Of a DNA stretch of 64,000 bases, positions 25,369-37,551 are shown piece by piece. The notes under the pieces are model-generated. The model was given only the letters and a program-made list of their open reading frames with translations. It was not told the origin of the DNA and searched no databases. Within the stretch, counting starts at the first letter, position 1. The number at the start of each line of letters is the position of its first letter. The position numbers were made by a program, and so were the translations under genes. The DNA is taken from NCBI GenBank assembly GCA_052426225.1, contig JBNJNM010000014.1, positions 248,001 through 312,000 on the forward strand. The letters are read 5' to 3'. Origin of the DNA: Zancudomyces culisetae HAW-14-8 (taxonomy: Eukaryota > Fungi > Kickxellomycota).

Positions 25369-28199
25369 CTGTTGCTGTTGCTGTTTTTGATTTGGTTTTC
25401 GAGTTGTTTAATTTTGACTTGTAAATCGTCAACTGTTTGCTGCAAAATATTGTTTGTAATTTGCAACTCCTTAACCGTCTCGCTGGGAACCATCGTGTCA
25501 TTTTGTTTGGGGTTGTCGTTTTTATGCCGATCGTCTGTATTCCCATCGAAATCCAAATCCAATCCCAAATCTGCATGTTTCGCAGGTTGTGATTGTGATT
25601 GCAGTTGTGGCGATAACGTCATGGACTTGTGGAGATGGTTGTCAAATGAACTGTCATTCGAAGGATTGGTGGTATTGGAGGCCAAGTTTGGAGCACTTTT
25701 GCTAATCGACCTGACATCTTGGTTGGTGTGGTTGGTTGTATGTAGCTCGTTGGCCAAACTATTTTTCTCGGCGGTAATCTGCTGGATGTCAGATAATAAC
25801 AAGGAAATTTTGAGCTCGAGCTCTGAAATGTACTGAGCGAGCTGTTCCGACAAAGTCACTTCCTCACCTTCATCTTCATCTTCGTCACCCTCCTCAATCT
25901 CCTCCTCCCCCTCCTCCTCTTCATAATCACCACCAACATCCTCTTTCTCGTTTTTTTCATTTTCTTTTCCATGTTGATTTTCATCCCGTTTACTATCTTG
26001 GTTGCTACTTTCCACGGCAGTGGTATTTACACTAGTTGCTATGATATTATTGGCAGAATCGATTTTCTGCTTGATGGTTTTAAGAGCACTGTCAATATAC
26101 TCAAAAAGCATTTCGCTATCATCCGCATCAATGGTTTCAATTAGTGTATCTTGAAGCCAGGAATTTGCCAATTCCATTCCATTCCCAACATTATCATTTC
26201 TTTCACCATCACCAATAGCCTCATTATTGTCATTGTTGACACTAGTAAAATTGGTGCTGTTGAAAGCACTTAATCGACGTAGCATACTACGTAGATTTTC
26301 CTGAGTTACATCGATTTTACGCTTTAGAGCATCGGTGTCATCCCGGAACATGACTAGCTTGTCTTCCATAACTCTGCATGCTTCTTGACTCTCCAATAAC
26401 GCATGTTCACGGATTTCCGCCTGAATTGTGGCATCTGACAACATTTCTCTAGTGCGAGCAAGTTCCTGTTCAAGCTCGCTCTCGTTGTTTATATTTTCAT
26501 TGTCATTATTGAAATTAAGGTTGAGATTAAGGTTGCTGAGAACACTGCTACTGCCATTGATGTTGTTTGAAGAGCTGATATTTGTTGCCAATAGTTTATA
26601 GTTTTCCAGTTCAGCCATCAACAGTGCATTTTGCTCACGTTCTTCAGCCAGTTGTTGTTCCAGCTGCCGCATAACTGTACTATTTGTGCTAGAGTTTGAG
26701 CTGTTTGCAACTTTGTTATTAGGCGAAACATTCTCAGAAGCCGTCGAGTCCTGTATTTGACTCTGTGACGAGGATTGACTTGCCTCTATGGCGTTTTCCT
26801 TCTCAAACATATCAGTAGCCAACCATTGGCCAGCCGTTATGCGTGCTTTGTATTGCTGGTTTTCTAGTCGCAGTACTCGGTTCTCGGCTTCCAACAACTC
26901 GACCCGGGTATCATGGATTGGTTTGCTGAAAGAAGAACTGCCAGCTGCTGCTTGCAACGATCGTCCTTCACCGCTTCCACTACTGATGCTTCCACTTTTA
27001 CTGCCATTTTGAATATGATGCGCAGAACTGTTTTTTACTGCCCTTGTCGGTGGCGAAACCACTGTTGTTTTTGATTTAGTTGTGTTGGAGTGCGCACTTG
27101 GCTCAAGTGTTTTTCGTCTACTCTCCACCATTTCTCGAAGTTTGGTTCGGGTGCCTATGGATTTCTGCCCTGTTGATCTTTCCGATATCAAAGCACCGCT
27201 CCTGTTACTATCTATACTATTGTTGCTACTCTGCGTTCTGCTGACCGGCACTTTTTGTTGGGCTGGTGGTTGTGGTTGGCTCTTTTGATTTCTTTGTTTT
27301 TTGCTATTTTGCTGCTGGTTACTCAGTGTTGGTGCAATGGCTAGTCGTTGTTTAGGATTCAATACGCTATCAATGCTCTCGTATTCTCCCAGTGGCCTTG
27401 CCGTTCCTTTGCTATTCATAACTTTGGGGCTACCGACACTGCTAATGCTTTGACGGTGGTTACGATTATGGCTCTGAGTATCGTGGTTGCTGCCATTTGA
27501 TACTGTTGAGTTATTTCTATTTTTGGTTTTACCATTGACTCCTGTATTGGTATTGACACTGGGTATAACCCTGAGCTTTGCAGGTGACGTAAAAATACCA
27601 CGCTGCTCGGTACAGCTAAAATAACTAACGCCATTGAAGTTGCCGTTGTTTTTCCCCGCAAATGGTGTATCCAACTCTATCCCTGCCCATACTCCATTTT
27701 TATCAGCTATTGGTCCCAAGTACTTAAGTGTTCCCACTTCATTTACACCTTCGATGTATACCATGTCTCCTATTTTTACTATTTGATCAGTAGACGCCAT
27801 TCCACTTCCCGCTTTTGGCGCCATCATTGTAGCTTCACTCGAACTGTTTATACTTCTATTCATACTATTCGAGCCAATGCCATTGGTTCTATTAGCCAAC
27901 TTGGTACCACCAACATTACTACTATTGACGCTGGTATTGCTGTTGTTTGTAATTGCTTCTCTTATGAGTGCTGGTGATTTCAGTCCCGGAGGACTAGCCG
28001 CGCGTCTATTCATGGGGCTGTCAACTCTACTGCCAGCACTAATGGCGTTATCGCTATTGTTGTGTAAATTAGAACGGGTACTTTTATTACCACAAAACCC
28101 TGCTCCTGCTCCTGCCGCTGCTCCTGTTGTAGTTTTGCTTTCAAAACTGGCAAGTGATGTTTTTTGTAAAGTCCTAGGGTTTTTATTATACATTATCAT
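24819..28199 (-). CDS. CAP-Gly microtubule plus-end protein, CLIP-170/Bik1/Tip1-like
   Basis: CAP-Gly domain (GTLKYLG...WAGIELDTPFAGKNNG...YFSC...GIF), long coiled coils and a C-terminal CCHC knuckle CELCGSPNHSIEDC. Confidence 0.85.
25317..25383. repeat. (TTA/TTG)n trinucleotide microsatellite encoding poly-Asn in the CAP-Gly gene
   Basis: Direct reading; encodes NSNSNSNNNNNNNNNNSNNNNNN on the minus strand. Confidence 0.9.
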
Positions 28200-30617
28200 A
28201 TTATTAGTTATATTTTAGTCTTTTTTGGGTTACACTTTGCAAGTCCAATTTCATACATTTATCCTCTTTTTCAATATGGCGAGGATCGTTAATCCCATAC
28301 TATTAAATACAAATACGGATACGAATACCCACAACCAATACAGAGTATGAGTATGAGTAGGTAGTAGGTGGTAGGTGGTAGGTGATACTCGATATATAGC
28401 CTGTTTATAATGTTATTACCTTTCTAGGTGTGTGTGACTGTGTGAGTCCTTTGCTCTCTTTTTCGTTCTTTCTTTCTGGAAAAATGATTACAATTAAAAT
28501 CAAACTGTTCAAATAAAAATTGGCGAGTGAATCACTTTAAAAATACGTGAAAGGGAGTGGAGCTACCAAAATTTGTTTGTAATGGTAAAATCAGTAAATA
28601 GCCGTTTTTTTCCCCCCTCTTTTTTTTTTCTCTCTTTCAATGTAACCAATTTCCTCTGTCTCCTCTCTGTCTCCTCTCTCTTATTCTTTCTCTCATCATC
28701 CTGCCTTATCTGTTTATTTTTTTCCCGTTATGACCAATATAACTTGGAAGTTCAAGTAATATCTATAATGATATATCTGCTGAAATTTATGGCCAATTTT
28801 TTTTAATAAGGCTCTTTTAGCTTTTTAGATTTTCGTTCATTGTAATATTACCAAGACACAAATTTAACTAGTGTTCTTTAATCCAAGTAATAGATTTCCC
28901 ATCATACTCGGATATATTATGTATTTGCAAGTAGTGGTGGGCGGGGGGGGAAGGGGAGAGGGATGGAGGTATTCAAAAGAGGGTGGGTAGTGGATAATAG
29001 TGGGACAAAGATGTGGAGGGAAGAATTGTTATCTGTTTTTTTTTTTCATTTAATTATTTACTTTTATTTTGCAATTTAAATTATATTATTTCTAGGGTGA
29101 TATTTTCTGGTAATTAATTATTTTTTCTACAAAGGTTTTTGTGTTTATAAAAAAATCTCCCATTTCTCCACCCTCACACACCCCCCTTAATAAAAAATTA
29201 GTTGACCAGAAAAAAAAAATTTTTTTTTTGGAAACGGTAAAGCAAGCCACCTAAAACAGTGGGATACTCGTTCTTTTTATAAAAATCCTCATCAGCTGAC
29301 ACTATACTAATTCTATCATTTCTTCCTAATAAATGAGAATGGAAGAGAAAAGGGTAAAGTGGTGATGGTGATGGTGATGGTGATAGATGTATATGACTTT
29401 TCACCAAACTTTATAAAGTAAAGAACAAAAGTATAATGATTAATGCTACCCACTTCTCTTACTCATCCAAATCCTTAATAGGCATAATTGTTATGAGTAC
29501 TAACGACAATTATCTCGTAATTAAAAAAACCCATAAAAGTAAAAAAAGAACCAGGTTTATTTTCTGTTAAAATTACAAACAATTAAATTCCCCAAGATTT
29601 ATTCTAATGTTTTTTCATTTACTGTATTTATTCGAGAGGGAATGGACAAAGATGAGGATGAGAATAAGGATGAGGATGAGGACAAGAACGAGGATAAAAA
29701 TGTACCACCTCGGCACAAACACAAGTTTTTTTTGGGGGGGAGAGGAGGTGAGTTTTAGAGTTTTAGGAAGGGTGGGAGAAGGAAAGAAAAAGAGGAGGAA
29801 GAATGCCGAATACTAGTTTTCATATATTTGTATGTAGTATTGCTTATGTAATGTGTGCAAGTACGAAATTGTGCCTCGTTATAAATATAATAGATAAAAG
29901 TCAGTAAAACAACCTAAAAATCAATAATATCCCACTCCTCCCCCCTCTCCCCCCTCTCCCCTTGTTCATCATTCATCATTCATCATTCATCATCCATCAT
30001 AATCCATTATCACAACTCTTTTTAATTCTAGATACTATACACATCCTCACATCCTTTTTTCCCGATTATTGAAAATATAATGATGAAAAGCATTTAGATG
30101 AAAGAATTGATATCTTTTTTTTTCCGCCCTCCTAACTGGAATCGAGATCAAAGTTTGATGTACAAGAGTATAAAATTAAACAATACACTAGTTTTCTTTT
30201 CTAGTATTGTTTAATACATCAATACAATGTTTTAATTCCACAACATAGTAATATATTGTGTGTATTTTGGACTAGTCATGTTAAAATCAAAAATCTAAAA
30301 CAAAACAAATAAAAATAAAGCAAATAAAACGAAAAATTATGAAAAAGAGAGACAGAGGGACAGGAAGAGAGTGTGTTTGCGCATTTTCGCTAGTATGTAA
30401 AGCATCAAATGTTTAAATATATTATAAATAATATTTTTTATTCCTTTTTATTTTGTTTAATATCATGATTAAAATATTATTCACTTTGAAATGATATTTG
30501 CAAAGAAAAAAAAAAAGAATTAAAAAAGAAAAGAAAAGTGGTAATAGAAATAAAAATAAACATGAGAATATAAATATATAAATTCATCTAAAAAAGAAAA
30601 AGAAAACAAAAGAAGGA

Positions 30618-31913
30618 TTAATCATCATCGGAAATATCACTGATATCTTCTTGAGCAAAAACACTGTAATCAATTCCATTATCATTAATCTTTTCATTTC
30701 CATTTTCATTCTCGTTTTCATTGGTATTATTGGAAAATTGACCCAAAGAGTCCCTGAAATCGTTAAGATCAAACGCGTTGTTGTCATCTTCAAGAGAGTC
30801 CATGGCAGAGTTATTGGTAAGGGCATTAACATTCAAGTGTTGTAAATCAAAGTAGTCACGACCAGTCAAGTTGGATGCACGACCAGCCCTAACATCGGTT
30901 TCCTTTTGTTTCTTGTCTTCAGCGACAAGTTTAGCCTTTTCTTCTAGTCGAGCCTTTTTCCATTTGGTAAAAGTTTCAAGAGTTACAGGAGTAAGATCGG
31001 AACCGAGGTTATGTCGTTCGGTTTCCAAAAACTGTTCCAAACTAATTTGATCCTTTTCTCTTTCTTCGCGTTCTTTTTCCTTCCTGACACTTGGTAGTAC
31101 AAACCCAGGTGGCAATGCGTGTCGGTACTTACACTTGTCGCCGCCATTAGGACAAATCCAGAACCATCCGTATTTGCCGGTTTCAATTGCATCAATAAAG
31201 TTTCGGCACACAATGTCGGTTGCGTTTGTTTGTTTCTTTTGTTTTTCCGAAACCACTTGACTCAACTTGTCCATATCCCAACCGTCCATTGTATCGCCTT
31301 CCTTTTGTTGTGAGGTTGATCCTTCTCGCTTATCTGTATACAAATCAATCTTTGCCACTTTACGATCTACTGCCAAATCGTGAGAAAACTTACATTTGTC
31401 GCCCTTCTTACAGGCATTGTTTTTGAAATTGATACATACTATTGTTTTTGGATCTACACCAAATGGAACTTTTTGTTGAATGAGTACAGGATTAAAAAGC
31501 AAAGACAATTCTTCTTCCTTTTTAGCCTTTAGCTCCTTTTTAGCCAGTGCTGCTTGTTTGGTTTCATCAAGTTCTTTCTATTTTTTTATTTTTATATAGA
31601 TTTATTGTTATACATATTTATTCCTAGTTTTTTTTTTGTTTTTTTTTTTTGTAAAAAAAAAAGAAAAATAAAATATATTGATGAGTATAAAAGTAAGAGT
31701 AAAATTGAGAAAAGATGGAATTGTATTTACCTTTGCCTTTCTATTTCCAGCAGCCATAACATTTGCTTCGACCTGTTTAATGTACTTGCTGACCTTGGCC
31801 GATTTATTCTTGTTTTTTAAACCAAATGTTTTATCATCGATTACTTTTTGTTTTTGATTGGAAGCAGTTTTGTTTGAGGGACCTTTACCCCCACCAGCTT
31901 TTTTAGGCGGCAT
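30618..31913 (-). CDS. TMA46: Tma46/ZC3H15 (DFRP1), DRG-family regulatory protein; exons 31913-31731, 31577-30618
   Basis: MPPKK...DKTFGLKNKNKSAKVSKYIKQV; QKVPFGVDPKTIVC; two CCCH fingers (CINFKNNACKKGDKCKFSH; CRNF..GKYGWFWICPNGGDKCKYRHALPPGF); DFRP region LEQFLETER..LTPVTLETFTKWK; phase-0 intron. Confidence 0.95.
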
Positions 31914-32894
31914 TGTGTAGTGTTAGTGTATCTTTTTGCTTTTACTTTTTATTTTATTTTTTTTTTACAATCAAGTATATAAGATTTAAATTCTTTTTGT
32001 AACTAGTATTAGTAGTAGTAGATGTAGTAATTTTAAAGATTTTGAATTTATTTTTTTATTATTAAAATCCACTTGATATATCAATTCCCAATTTTCGTCA
32101 ATAAAAAAATAAAATAAATAAAAAAATAAATAAAAATAAATATTGAAAATGAAAGGGGGAGGAGGGGAGGGAGGGTGTGTTTCGAAGAGATTTGGGGGGG
32201 TGAGGGAGGAGGGGAAGGTTTGTGGATGTCAAAGGTTTGAGGGGTTTTTAGATTTCAATTTTCGTTTAATTATTTCATAAAATTCTTTTTGTTTTAATGA
32301 AAAATATTGTAAATACTTCAAGGTGATTGGAATAATGAATTAAAATAAAAAAAAATTTTTTATTTAGCATTTTTGCAAGATGAAAAAAATTACGAAATTT
32401 CCCCCCCCTCGCCCCCTCCCTTCCTCTCTTCCTCTCTTCCTCCCTTCCTCCCCCCTTACTTTACGCTACCATACGCCCATCCTTCTCCACCCTTCCTTCC
32501 TTCCTTCCTTCCTTCCTTTTTCTCACAAATCAGGCTAAAATCCAATCTACACTTTAACTTTTTTTTATTTGATAATTACCACCGCTAATCTGATTGAATT
32601 GTTTACAAATATACAAATCATGTTGTATATATTTGCATGCTTGATATATACATTAATACATTCAAGACTTGATGAATAAAAAGACTATTTATTAAAGAAA
32701 AAAAAGATATAATAAAGAAAAAAACAATGACTATAAACAGTGATATACTTTTATTATTATTACTTTTTTGTATATTTTCTCACTGGTTCTCCCCCCCACT
32801 CCCACTCTCACTCACCACTCCCACTCTCCATTACTCTTGAAAAAAAAAAGTTAAAGATTAAAAAAAAAAAGCAACAACAAATAAATTCTATTTT

Positions 32895-34004
32895 TCAAGA
32901 CTTCTTGACAATCTGAACAACATCTTCATCAGCCAAAATATGGTCCTTTCCAACCTTTTGAGGAGAATGTTTAACACTAGATCCCCAAACCAAGGCATAA
33001 CTGAATTGTTTGATGATAGCTTTATGGATAGAATTACAAAAATCTTCAATGGAGCAATGATTGGATTTCAGGACTACCGGAGCCGAATAGTCCGGAATCT
33101 GTTGCTGTTGGTTTTTGGGCTTGGTGTATATACGCACCAAATCCAAGTATTGCCACATTCTGTCCAGCAATTCATCGAAATTCCACTCGTGATGTGCAGA
33201 AATGGGAATTGCATGTGGGATTCGGTAGATAAGGTCGAGTTCTTCAATGGAGATTTGATCGATTTTGTTGAGGACATATAGGGCTGGGATATACACTCTG
33301 TTGCCTTCAATTACATCGATTAGTTCGTCAACAGTAGCATCGCAGCGGAAAGAAATATCGGCGCTGTGGATTCGGTACTCGCTAGTAATGGCTCTGATGA
33401 TATCGTGGTCGAGGTGGGTCAAGGGTACGGTATTGGTGATGTTGAGGCCACCACGTTCTTTTCGTTTGAAAGTGATTTTGGGAGGCGATTTGTTTAGACG
33501 GATTCCAAAGCCTTCCAATTCACTTTCAATAAGTCCTTTATCGGTAAGAGGTTTCAAGACATCCAAGACCAAAAAGATCAAGGAACAAGTACGGGCGACC
33601 GCAATGACCTGTTTACCACGACCTTTTCCATCTTTGGCACCTTCGATAATTCCCGGCAAATCCAAAATCTGGATCTTTGCACCCTTGTAATGTAAAACCC
33701 CAGGAACGGTTGTCAAGGTGGTAAATTCGTAGGCACCAACTTCACTAAACGTTCCGGTCATCTTGGACATGAGGGTTGATTTTCCAACCGAGGGGAACCC
33801 GACAAATCCGATACGGGCCAAACCGGTCTTTGCTACATCGAAGCCTACTGATTCACCACCTCCAGACTTGGAAGGAGTGATTATTTCACGCTTGAGTTTG
33901 GCTAGTTTGGCCTTGAGTGTTCCTAAATGGTAACTTGTAGCCTTGTTTTTTTGGGTTCTGGCCATTTCGGCCTCAATTTCCTTGATTTTATCGTATGTCG
34001 ACAT
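32895..34004 (-). CDS. RBG1: Developmentally regulated GTP-binding protein 1 (Rbg1/DRG1)
   Basis: [57 protein letters not shown] (DRG1-type rather than DRG2-type), NKID and a C-terminal TGS domain. Confidence 0.96.
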   Translation of the reverse strand: MSTYDKIKEIEAEMARTQKNKATSYHLGTLKAKLAKLKREIITPSKSGGGESVGFDVAKTGLARIGFVGFPSVGKSTLMSKMTGTFSEVGAYEFTTLTTVPGVLHYKGAKIQILDLPGIIEGAKDGKGRGKQVIAVARTCSLIFLVLDVLKPLTDKGLIESELEGFGIRLNKSPPKITFKRKERGGLNITNTVPLTHLDHDIIRAITSEYRIHSADISFRCDATVDELIDVIEGNRVYIPALYVLNKIDQISIEELDLIYRIPHAIPISAHHEWNFDELLDRMWQYLDLVRIYTKPKNQQQQIPDYSAPVVLKSNHCSIEDFCNSIHKAIIKQFSYALVWGSSVKHSPQKVGKDHILADEDVVQIVKKS

Positions 34005-34374
34005 TTTGTCTTGTAAATTATGGTTTTTGTGCTAAATAGTAATAATAATAATTTTTAAAGTATAATAAAAGCAAAATAAATAAATAAATAAATATAAAAT
34101 TTTTCAAGTTTAGCATAAAAATAGTATATCCAATTAACAAATTAAAAATAAGGAGAAAAACAAGAAAAGGGGAAAAAGGGGAAAAAGTTGGAAAAGGGGA
34201 AGGAGGTTGTGTTTTTGGGATAGGGGAACAAAAGGGAAGGGAGGAAGGGGGAACTAAAAAAAAAAAATTTTAGGTTTATTAAAGATAATTGTTGTTGTAA
34301 AAAAAAAAAATTGTAAAAAATATGGAAAAAAATAGAGAAACGTTAATTGGCTAAAAAACAAGAAAAAAAAAGGA

Positions 34375-37300
34375 TTAGAGAGCCTTGAATTCAGCAATAA
34401 GTTCAGAGAGAGAATCGATTTGTTTGGAGAGAGAAGAGAGTTTATCAAGGTTGGCAGCTTTTACAGAATCAGCAGATTTCAAGATGTAAGTAGGATCAGT
34501 AATCTTTGCAGAAAGAGAAGAGTGCTGAGAAGAAAAGTTGTCGAGTTTTGACTGCAGTTTGGAGACCTGGGCATCGATATCAACAAGACCCTTAACTAGC
34601 AAAGCAACCTTGATGTGAGAATTGGAAGAAGGAGAAGAAATAAGCGAAATGGCACAACCAGAAGGAGGCTGAACAGAAGGAAGAAGAGGAGAAAGGGAAG
34701 AACAACCCTTGATGAGTTTGGAGATTGGATGAGAGTAGAGAGCAAAGAGAGAGTGATGGGAAGAGAGTTCAGGAGCAATGTAGATGGAGGCATTTGTAGG
34801 AACAGAGTAAGTAAGCATCATTGAACGAGAAGTTTTAATGGCTTGAATGACAAGATCGAAATCTGACTTGGCAGCAGGATTGATTAGAGACGATTCGGTA
34901 GGATAAGGAGCAATGGTGATGGAAGAGAACGAGGAGTCGCGGTTAGGCAAACGTTGCCACAATTCTTCAGTAATGAAAGGCATGAAAGGATGTAGAAGAC
35001 GCAAGCCGACATCCAAACAGTAGTGAAGAGTGGATAGACAAGAAGCAAGGAGAGTAGGGTCAGAAATGTGTTTGACAAATTCAAGATAGACGTCACACAA
35101 TTCATACAGCCAGAATGAATAGATGACGTTTGTGGCAGCCATAAAGTTTTTATCAGCCAAGGCTTGGTTGAGAGACTGAGTAGCTGAGTGAAGACAATGC
35201 AAAATCCACAGTTCAAGAGGTGACTTTTGATTTTGATTTTGATTTTGATTTACAGCATCACAAGAGAATGCAGGGAAGTCAGGTGCTGCTGAGAATTTAA
35301 GCAAACTGAAACGAACAGCATTCCACAGTTTATTACAGAACTTGCGATATCCTTCAATACGCAACACATCCAGGTTGAGGTCACGACCAGTTGAAGTGTA
35401 AGCACACAAAGCAAAGCGCAAAGCATCGGTTCCGCACTCAGGAATTCCGTTGGGGAAATCCTTTTTCTGGCCAGCAATAGCTGTCTTGAGTTCGCGAGGA
35501 TCCAAATTGCCCGACTCCAACTTTTGGTGTAATTCTTCAAGCGAAATTCCTTGAATAACGTCCAGAGGATCAATTACATTTCCCAACGACTTTGACATTT
35601 TTCTGCCGTGTGCATCTCTAATCATAGCATGGCAAAACACTTGTTTAAATGGCAGTTTGCCTGTCAACCGCAATCCCAACATCACCATTCGTGCTACCCA
35701 GAAGAACAGAATATCCCAGCCTGTCTCCAACAGTGTTGTTGGGTACAGTCTTGCCAAATCTTCTGTCTGCTCTGGCCACCCTGATACTGAAAATGGCCAC
35801 AACCCTGATGAAAACCATGTATCCAACACATCTGGATCTTGTTCCAACGCAAATTTCTTGTCTCCAAATAACTTGGTTGCTCGTTCTTGTGCTTCTTCTA
35901 ATGTTCGTCCACATACCCATCGGCTCTGGTCATCATGGTAGTCGCACTCATCATCTTCAAACCGGATATAATATGCTGGAATTCTATGGCCCCACCACAG
36001 CTGTCGTGATACACACCAATCCTGGATTCCTTCCAACCATCGGAACCACTCTCCCTCTGATGCCTTGGGAACTATCTCCAACTCTCCATTGCGTACTGCC
36101 TCAATCGCTGGCTTGGCCAACTCTGCACACTTGACATACCATTGTGGCTTAACCAATGGTTCAATCACATCTCCTGACTTGGCACAAATTGGAATCTTCA
36201 TTGCATTGTCGCGGTGTTCAACATACAATCCTACCTTCTTCAACTCCTCTACTATTTCTCGTCGTACGTCAAATCGCTTCTTGCCTGCAAACATACTTCC
36301 CACACGTCCATTAAATGTACCGTCATCATTCAATACATTTACTATTGGCAACTTGTGCTTAACTCCTACAAGATAATCATTAAAGTCGTGTGCTGGTGTA
36401 ATCTTCACTGCTCCTGTTCCAAACTCCATATCGACCAAGTCAGCATCGGCTATAATTGGCAACTTTCTATCAACAAATGGATGTTGAACCTCTTTACCAA
36501 TCAAATGCTTATACCTTGCGTCCTCTGGATGCACTGCTATTGCTACATCTCCCAGCATTGTCTCGATTCTGGTTGTTGCTACTGTAATTCGTTCGTCTGA
36601 TCCAACAATTGGATAGCTAAACAATACCAACACTCCAAACTCTACCTTATCCTTATATCCTGGAACACTTCTCAATGTTCTTCCACTCAACTCTACATTC
36701 TCTACCTCCAAATTCGACAACGCAGTGTTCAAATGTACACACCAGTTCACCAACCGCTTGGCTCTGTATATTGTTCCCTCATCCCACAACCGCACAAATG
36801 TCTCTGCTACTGCCCGTGACAACCCTTCGTCCAGCGTAAACTTTTCGCGTGACCAATCAAAACTTCCTCCCAACCGCTTGATTTGTTGTGTAATCTCTTC
36901 CTTGTACAGCTCTTTCCACTCCCACACTCTTTCAACAAACTTTTCACGTCCCAAATCGTGTCTGCTCTTTCCCTCATTTCGCAACAGCTGCTTTTCTACC
37001 ACTGACTGTGTTGATATCCCTGCATGGTCTGTGCCGGGGTTAAACAAGGTTGTCAATCCCTTCATTCGGTTCCATCGAATCAAACTGTCTTGAATCGACA
37101 TTCCCAACGCGTGTCCAATATGCAACTTTCCTGTTACGTTTGGTGGTGGAATCACTATTACAAACTTGCCTTCTGGTTTCACCTCTCCACTCTCTGTAAA
37201 TTTGGGTTCGAAATACTTTTCTTTTACCCACCAATCATACCACCCGCTTTCAACATCCCTTGGTGAATAACTCTCTGCCATGGGGTGTGTCATGTCTTTT

Positions 37301-37551
37301 TTCTCTCCGGGTACGGTCGCTGGCCGCTGAACAGCTGGTGCTGGAGTTGAGCTTGGTGTATCCTTGACCTTCTTTTTGGTTGCTTCTTCCTTTTTCTTTG
37401 TTGTTTTTTCCCCACTTTGTTGGGTTGCTTTGTTTTGTTTAGCCAAAAACTTTTCCATCTTGGCCTTTCTCTTGGCCTCATTTTTTTCCTGATTCTTGGA
37501 TTTGGCTACTTGAGGTTGTTGTCCCTCTTGTTGCTCTGGTGTTGGTTCCAT
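34375..37551 (-). CDS. VAS1: Valyl-tRNA synthetase
   Basis: PPPNVTGKLHIGH, GTDHAGISTQ, DWCVSRQLWWGHRIP, DVLDTWFSSG, KMSKSLGN; 1058 aa. Confidence 0.98.
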   Translation of the reverse strand: MEPTPEQQEGQQPQVAKSKNQEKNEAKRKAKMEKFLAKQNKATQQSGEKTTKKKEEATKKKVKDTPSSTPAPAVQRPATVPGEKKDMTHPMAESYSPRDVESGWYDWWVKEKYFEPKFTESGEVKPEGKFVIVIPPPNVTGKLHIGHALGMSIQDSLIRWNRMKGLTTLFNPGTDHAGISTQSVVEKQLLRNEGKSRHDLGREKFVERVWEWKELYKEEITQQIKRLGGSFDWSREKFTLDEGLSRAVAETFVRLWDEGTIYRAKRLVNWCVHLNTALSNLEVENVELSGRTLRSVPGYKDKVEFGVLVLFSYPIVGSDERITVATTRIETMLGDVAIAVHPEDARYKHLIGKEVQHPFVDRKLPIIADADLVDMEFGTGAVKITPAHDFNDYLVGVKHKLPIVNVLNDDGTFNGRVGSMFAGKKRFDVRREIVEELKKVGLYVEHRDNAMKIPICAKSGDVIEPLVKPQWYVKCAELAKPAIEAVRNGELEIVPKASEGEWFRWLEGIQDWCVSRQLWWGHRIPAYYIRFEDDECDYHDDQSRWVCGRTLEEAQERATKLFGDKKFALEQDPDVLDTWFSSGLWPFSVSGWPEQTEDLARLYPTTLLETGWDILFFWVARMVMLGLRLTGKLPFKQVFCHAMIRDAHGRKMSKSLGNVIDPLDVIQGISLEELHQKLESGNLDPRELKTAIAGQKKDFPNGIPECGTDALRFALCAYTSTGRDLNLDVLRIEGYRKFCNKLWNAVRFSLLKFSAAPDFPAFSCDAVNQNQNQNQKSPLELWILHCLHSATQSLNQALADKNFMAATNVIYSFWLYELCDVYLEFVKHISDPTLLASCLSTLHYCLDVGLRLLHPFMPFITEELWQRLPNRDSSFSSITIAPYPTESSLINPAAKSDFDLVIQAIKTSRSMMLTYSVPTNASIYIAPELSSHHSLFALYSHPISKLIKGCSSLSPLLPSVQPPSGCAISLISSPSSNSHIKVALLVKGLVDIDAQVSKLQSKLDNFSSQHSSLSAKITDPTYILKSADSVKAANLDKLSSLSKQIDSLSELIAEFKAL

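Noticed and set aside
33265-37481. Numerous antisense or alternate-frame ORFs within RBG1 and VAS1 (and likewise in MEF1, TAF2, VPS8)
   Set aside because: No motifs; explained by the codon bias of the real genes.
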